Below the pieces are notes generated by a model. It had not been told where the DNA came from. It saw only the letters and a program-made list of their open reading frames with translations, and made no database searches. Shown piece by piece: positions 59,504 to 64,000 of a stretch of 64,000 nt of DNA. The position numbers and the translations under genes were made by a program. The DNA comes from an uncultured Gemmatimonadaceae bacterium (lineage in GTDB: Bacteria > Gemmatimonadota > Gemmatimonadetes > Gemmatimonadales > Gemmatimonadaceae), in contig CAWHHI010000011.1 of assembly GCA_963829055.1 (NCBI GenBank), forward strand, positions 512,001 through 576,000, given 5' to 3'. The first letter of the stretch is position 1, and the number at the start of each line of letters is the position of its first letter.

Positions 59504-62500
59504 GTGACACTGGCGGGCGAGTTGCGCGAGCAATTGCAGAGTTCCCTGGGCGACGTATTCGCCATCGAGCGTGAGCTCGGTGGCGGGGGAATGAGCCGCG
59601 TATTCCTCGCCCGCGAGCTCGCGCTGGACCGTCAGGTCGTCATCAAGGTCCTGCACCCCGAGCTCGCCGGCGTGAACGTGGACCGGTTCCGTCGCGAGAT
59701 CCAGGTCGTCGCCCAACTGCAGCACCCGCACATCGTTCCGGTGCTCGCGGCCGGCGATACGCTCGGCATCCTGTACTTCACGATGCCGTACATCGACGGC
59801 GAGTCGCTCCGGGCGTGGCTGGTGCGGGAGTCACGACTGCCGGTCGATGACGTCGTCCGGATCCTCCACGACGTCGCCGATGCGCTCGCGTACGCGCACG
59901 AGCGCGGCGTCGTGCACCGCGACATCAAGCCGGACAACGTGCTTGTCAGCCGCCGGCATGCGATGGTCACGGACTTCGGTGTCGCGAAGGCGCTGACCGT
60001 AGCGGCACACGGGGCCGGCGATGACCCGAGCAACGAGCCGTCGATCTCCACGACCACCGGTAGCGGGCTCGCGATCGGAACGCCCGCGTACATGGCGCCC
60101 GAACAGGCGGCGGGCGACCCGTCGACCGACCATCGCGCTGACATCTACGCCTTCGGCGTGCTCGCCTACGAGCTCCTCGCTGGCCGCCCGCCGTTCACGG
60201 GTCGGCGGCCGAGCGAGATTCTCGCGGCGCACATCGCCGAATTGCCGCAACCGATCGAGACGCTCCGCGCCGATCTGCCGCCCGCGTTGTCGGCGTTGGT
60301 GATGAGCTGTCTGGCGAAGCGGCCGATCGATCGGCCGCGCTCCGCAGTGGATGTCCGCGCGACGCTCGAGTCGTTGGCGACTCCGGGTGCCGGCACCGTG
60401 GTCAGCCCAACCGTCCGTCGCCGGCGCGCGGCCAGGCGAGCTGTCGGCATCACGGTCGCCGTGGCGTTGACACTGGTGGCGACGGCGGTCGCGTACTCAC
60501 GGCGTCAGGCCGAACGACCGCCGGTAGACGAGGGCCTCGTCGCCGTGGCGCCGTTCCGCGTCGCGAGTCGAGACGCGTCGCTGCGCTACCTGCGTGAGGG
60601 CATGCTCGACCTGCTCTCGGCCAAACTCACGGGAACCACGGGGCCTCGATCGGCCGACCCGCGATCGCTGCTCACGGCATGGCGTCGCGAGGCCGGCGCC
60701 GACTCGGCCGACCTGTCGCGCGCGCGCGCACTCGAGGTGGCCGAAGCGTTAGGCGCCGGCCAGCTGCTCATCGGTGATGTCACGGGGGACTCGTCGCATA
60801 TCACGCTCCAGGCCGTGCTCGTGCGTGTGCGTGACGGACGGGCGTTGGCACCGGCGAAAGTGGAAGGCGACCCGGACAGCCTGCCGAAGCTCGTCGACAT
60901 GCTGACCGCGCAGCTGCTGACGACGGATGCCGGCGAGGACGATCGTCTGGCGACGCTCACGAGTACGTCACTGCCGGCGCTTCGCTCGTTCCTCAACGGG
61001 CAGTGGCTCTACCGGCGCGGCCGGTATCGCGATGCGGCACAGGCATACTCCGCGGCCGTCGATCTCGACACGACGTTCGCGCTCGCCGCGCTACGCCTGG
61101 CGAGCGCCAGCAACTGGTTTGGTGTCCCCGGCCTCCGCGAAAAGGGCCTGCGACTCGCGTGGGCTGGGCGCGAGCGACTGGATCCGCGAGATCGCGCGCT
61201 GCTCGACGCAACGGCGGGACCGAACTATCCGTCGGCGTCGAGCTATCTCGACATCATGAAGGCGAAAGAGCGGTACGTCACGCTCGCGCCCGACCGCGCT
61301 GACGCGTGGTTCGAGCTTGGCGACGGGCTGTTTCACTTCGGCGCCGTCGTGGGCTACGCGGATTCCGACACACGCGCCGCCGACGCGTTCAAGCGAGCGT
61401 TGGCGCTCGACTCGACGTATGCACCCGCGGCCGAGCATCTCGTTGTTGATCGAGGCGCATCAAGGGGACACGGGCTCGGTGCGCCAGTTGGGCCAGCATT
61501 TCCTGGCGATCGACCCGGCGAGCGAGAACGCCGACGGCGTTCGCTGGCGCATGGCCGTCGCGTTAGGCGACTCGGCATCCCTGGCGGCGATCACACGCCG
61601 GCGTGACACGCTGACGCCGATCAGCGCGCACACGATGGCGTACATGAGCCAGCTCGACGCCGTCGATCTCGATCGTGCGCAGCGCGTTGCTGAGGCGGCG
61701 GTCGAGAACGCGCGCGCGGCGGGTGACAAGTACGCCGCGCTGGTGAGCGCGCATGACCTCGCCCTCAATCGCGGGCGGCCGTCGGCGGCGGTGGTGGCGA
61801 CGGCGCGGAGCCGCGATGTGGCCGTGACGAGTGCGCGCGTGTACCTGCGCGAGCGCATCCGGGACGCGCTGTACTGGGATGGCGACAGCACAGCCGCGGT
61901 CGCCGCGGCGCACGAGCTGGAGCGGACCGCGTTCGGCGCGGCGCCGGAGAAGCCGGCGGATCGTTATGCGCAGCTCGTGGACCTCTGTAACGTGGAGCTG
62001 TGGCGCGCGGGGCACGGCGATGCGCGCACGGTAGCGGGCAGCATCGCGCGACTGCGGCGGGTGTCGGCGTCGTCGGAGGACGCGGGGATCACGGCATTCG
62101 CGCACGCGTGCGCGACGCTGCTGGACGCGGTGGCGGCGACGAGCAGTGGTCGCGCCGATGCGCCAGTCGCGGTCGCGAAGCTCGACTCGATGCTTCGTAC
62201 GGGACCTGGCGGGTTCGTGCAGGATGCTGGGAACCTGATGCTCGCGCGACTCAAGGAGCGCCGCGGCGACGTGCGTGGCGCGTTGGCGGCGGTGCGTCGT
62301 CGCGAGACGTTCCTCACGCGTCCACTCTATCTGTCGACGTTCCTGCGCGAGGAGGGCCGTCTGGCGGCGCTGGCGGGGGAGAACGACGCGGCGATCGAGG
62401 CCTACCGCCACTACCTGACACTGCGCGCGGCGCCGGAGCCGCCGCTCAGGTCAGAGGTGGAGTACGTGCGTGATGAGCTCGGGAAGCTCGAGCGCGCGAA

Positions 62501-62516
62501 CGGCGCGAAAGAATAA
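59504..62516 (+). CDS. Hanks-type Ser/Thr protein kinase with TM helix and TPR-like C-terminus, frameshift near 61445
   Basis: GGGGMSRVF, HRDIKPDN, DFG, GTPAYMAPE, VAVAPF, RALALDSTYA; continues in ORF 61317-62516. Confidence 0.92.
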
Positions 62517-62556
62517 GCCATCAGCCATCAGCCATCAGCCATCAGCCATCAGCCAC
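62516..62556. repeat. (AGCCATC)5 tandem heptamer
   Basis: Five perfect copies plus one partial. Confidence 0.92.
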
Positions 62557-62561
62557 GGCGT

Positions 62562-62660
62562 TGTCATCCCGAGCGGCAGCGAGGGATCTTCTCGAACGGC
62601 ATCGTAGCCGAATTGGCCACGAGAACCGTCAGAAGATCCCTCGCTGCGCTCGGGATGACA
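62562..62660. repeat. REP-like palindromic element between convergent genes
   Basis: TGTCATCCCGAGCGGCAGCGAGGGATCTTCT / AGAAGATCCCTCGCTGCGCTCGGGATGACA. Confidence 0.9.
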
Positions 62661-62736
62661 CGCCGTTTCTCCGCCCTCCGCCGTCCGCCTCCGCCGTCCG
62701 CCCGCCGCCGTCCTCCTCCTTCCTACGGCCTCCTTC

Positions 62737-63671
62737 CTAAGGCCTGGCGGGTAGACTCGCCTTCCCGGTCGCGAACTCGAAGTGGCTACCGGACGGGAGA
62801 ACGTGCAGGCGGACGTCGGTCGCGCCTAACGTCGATTTGTCCGGTGTGACCGCCGCGTGTCTCGCGTCGTAGATCACCGCCTGCGACGCGCCAATGACGT
62901 CCCACGCACCGCCGGGCGACACCACGATCGCCGTCGATTCGTCAATGCCGACGCCGACGAAATTCGGGCGCTCCAGCACGACGCTGATGAGCCGGTTGTG
63001 CCGGCGGCGACGCAGGAAGTGCTGATCCACCGTCACGTTAGGCGGCAGGAAGCCGAAGCCGGGGACGAGCACGACGTCCTCGCGATCGATCGTCATCCAG
63101 CCGTCGCTCGAGTCACTCGGCGGGCGAGCACCACCGGGACGCCGTTCGTCACCGCTGATCATCGGATCCGACATCACCGCCGCGCCAGCCGACGTACCGC
63201 CGACAACGGCGCCGTGCCGGAAGCGCGAGCGAATCGAATCGAGAACGGCCGTTCCGAGGATCGCGGCGGTCAGGCGGCTCTGATCGCCGCCGGGGAACCA
63301 GATCCCAGTCGCCTGGCCGAGCAGTCGCGCGATGGAGTCGGCGCCAGTGTCGTTTCGCGCAAGGTTGAGCGACACGGCCTGCGCCGCACCAAGCTTCCGA
63401 AAATCAGCCGCCTTCTCGGCTCCCGACTCCGTGCCGGATTCGCTCGCCATCGGGAACACGACGATGCGCGCCTTCCCTGCTCCACCGGCGAGGTCGAGGA
63501 ATCGGCGATTCACGACCTCCGGAATCGGCCCGCCGCCGACGACGACGAGGTGACCGACTTGGGGACTCGGGGACTGGGGATTGGGGATTGGCGCAGACGG
63601 CACCGTTAGGCGCGGCCGAAGCACAGCCGGCGAGAAGCGACTACGGTAGCGAGTCGGATCAGGCGACGCAT
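62737..63671 (-). CDS. Cyanophycinase (peptidase S51), probably a lipoprotein; N-terminus frameshifted
   Basis: LVVVGGG, WFPGGDQSRL, GGTSAGAA nucleophile, DQHF...RHNRL, GIDESTA; MRRLIRLATVV/LLAGC signal in shifted frames from ATG 63671. Confidence 0.88.
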
Positions 63672-63802
63672 GCTGGGAACTGGGAACGGGAAACCGGGAA
63701 CGGAGACTACCAGCCGCTGGTTGCTGGGTGGTCATGCTGGGTGACGCTGGGTGCCGCTGAGTGCTGCTGAGCTGATGGCTGATGGCTACTGGCTGATAGC
63801 TG
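63560..63802. repeat. Cluster of heptamer/GCTGGGTG repeats (GGGGACT, TGGGAAC, GCTGATG)
   Basis: Same units as 1724-1836, 4519-4702 and 47034-47204; part lies inside the cyanophycinase N-terminus. Confidence 0.75.
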
Positions 63803-63809
63803 CTTGGTG

Positions 63810-64000
63810 CTATGGCCATCCGAAGACTACCGGTGCCTGCGCCGCCAGGCGTGCGCGAGTCAGATCCGACGCGGGGCGCCAGAAGCGCAGGCGGCCCGAC
63901 GTGATCGTGAAATTCACTCCCCAATGTGCGCCCGGGTCCGGGACCAGCGGCCCGGCGACGTCGACTCGCAGGTTCACTCGGCTCGAACGCGGCACCGCGA
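63810..64000 (-). CDS. C-terminal end of an unidentified protein starting outside the window
   Basis: Open frame ending ...AQAPVVFGWP* at 63810. Confidence 0.45.
   Translation of the reverse strand, partial: AVPRSSRVNLRVDVAGPLVPDPGAHWGVNFTITSGRLRFWRPASDLTRARLAAQAPVVFGWP

Overview
GC-rich (roughly 68% by eye) bacterial chromosomal segment, probably Gemmatimonadota (inferred from the style of the Ser/Thr kinases, the duplicated MacB-like permease and the ECF sigma/CBM48 pair). Many 1-nt frameshifts look like long-read indel errors. In order: membrane sensor kinase (partial), actP/DUF485, DinB, ECF sigma plus anti-sigma, ABC permease, an epimerase/DHDPS pair, three cation:proton antiporters, an NfeD/flotillin/SPFH cluster, DNA glycosylases, peptidases, a ~17-kb Wzm/Wzt polysaccharide locus, an imuA-imuB-(arginase)-dnaE2 mutasome cassette, two divergent Ser/Thr kinases and a cyanophycinase. 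No rRNA, tRNA, CRISPR array, integrase or transposase was seen. Best leads: (1) an NhaP-type antiporter whose C-terminal rhodanese domain reads through an in-frame UGA at a Cys-equivalent position (YCA-U-KNE) followed by a SECIS-like hairpin, i.e. a candidate selenoprotein antiporter; (2) a strongly over-represented CCTAAC(G)/(C)GTTAGG motif (~60 copies, both strands, several reading frames, forcing rare codons); (3) a palindromic heptamer-repeat element found both between genes and inserted inside imuB; (4) matching SigW-like ECF promoters in front of both SPFH transcription units.
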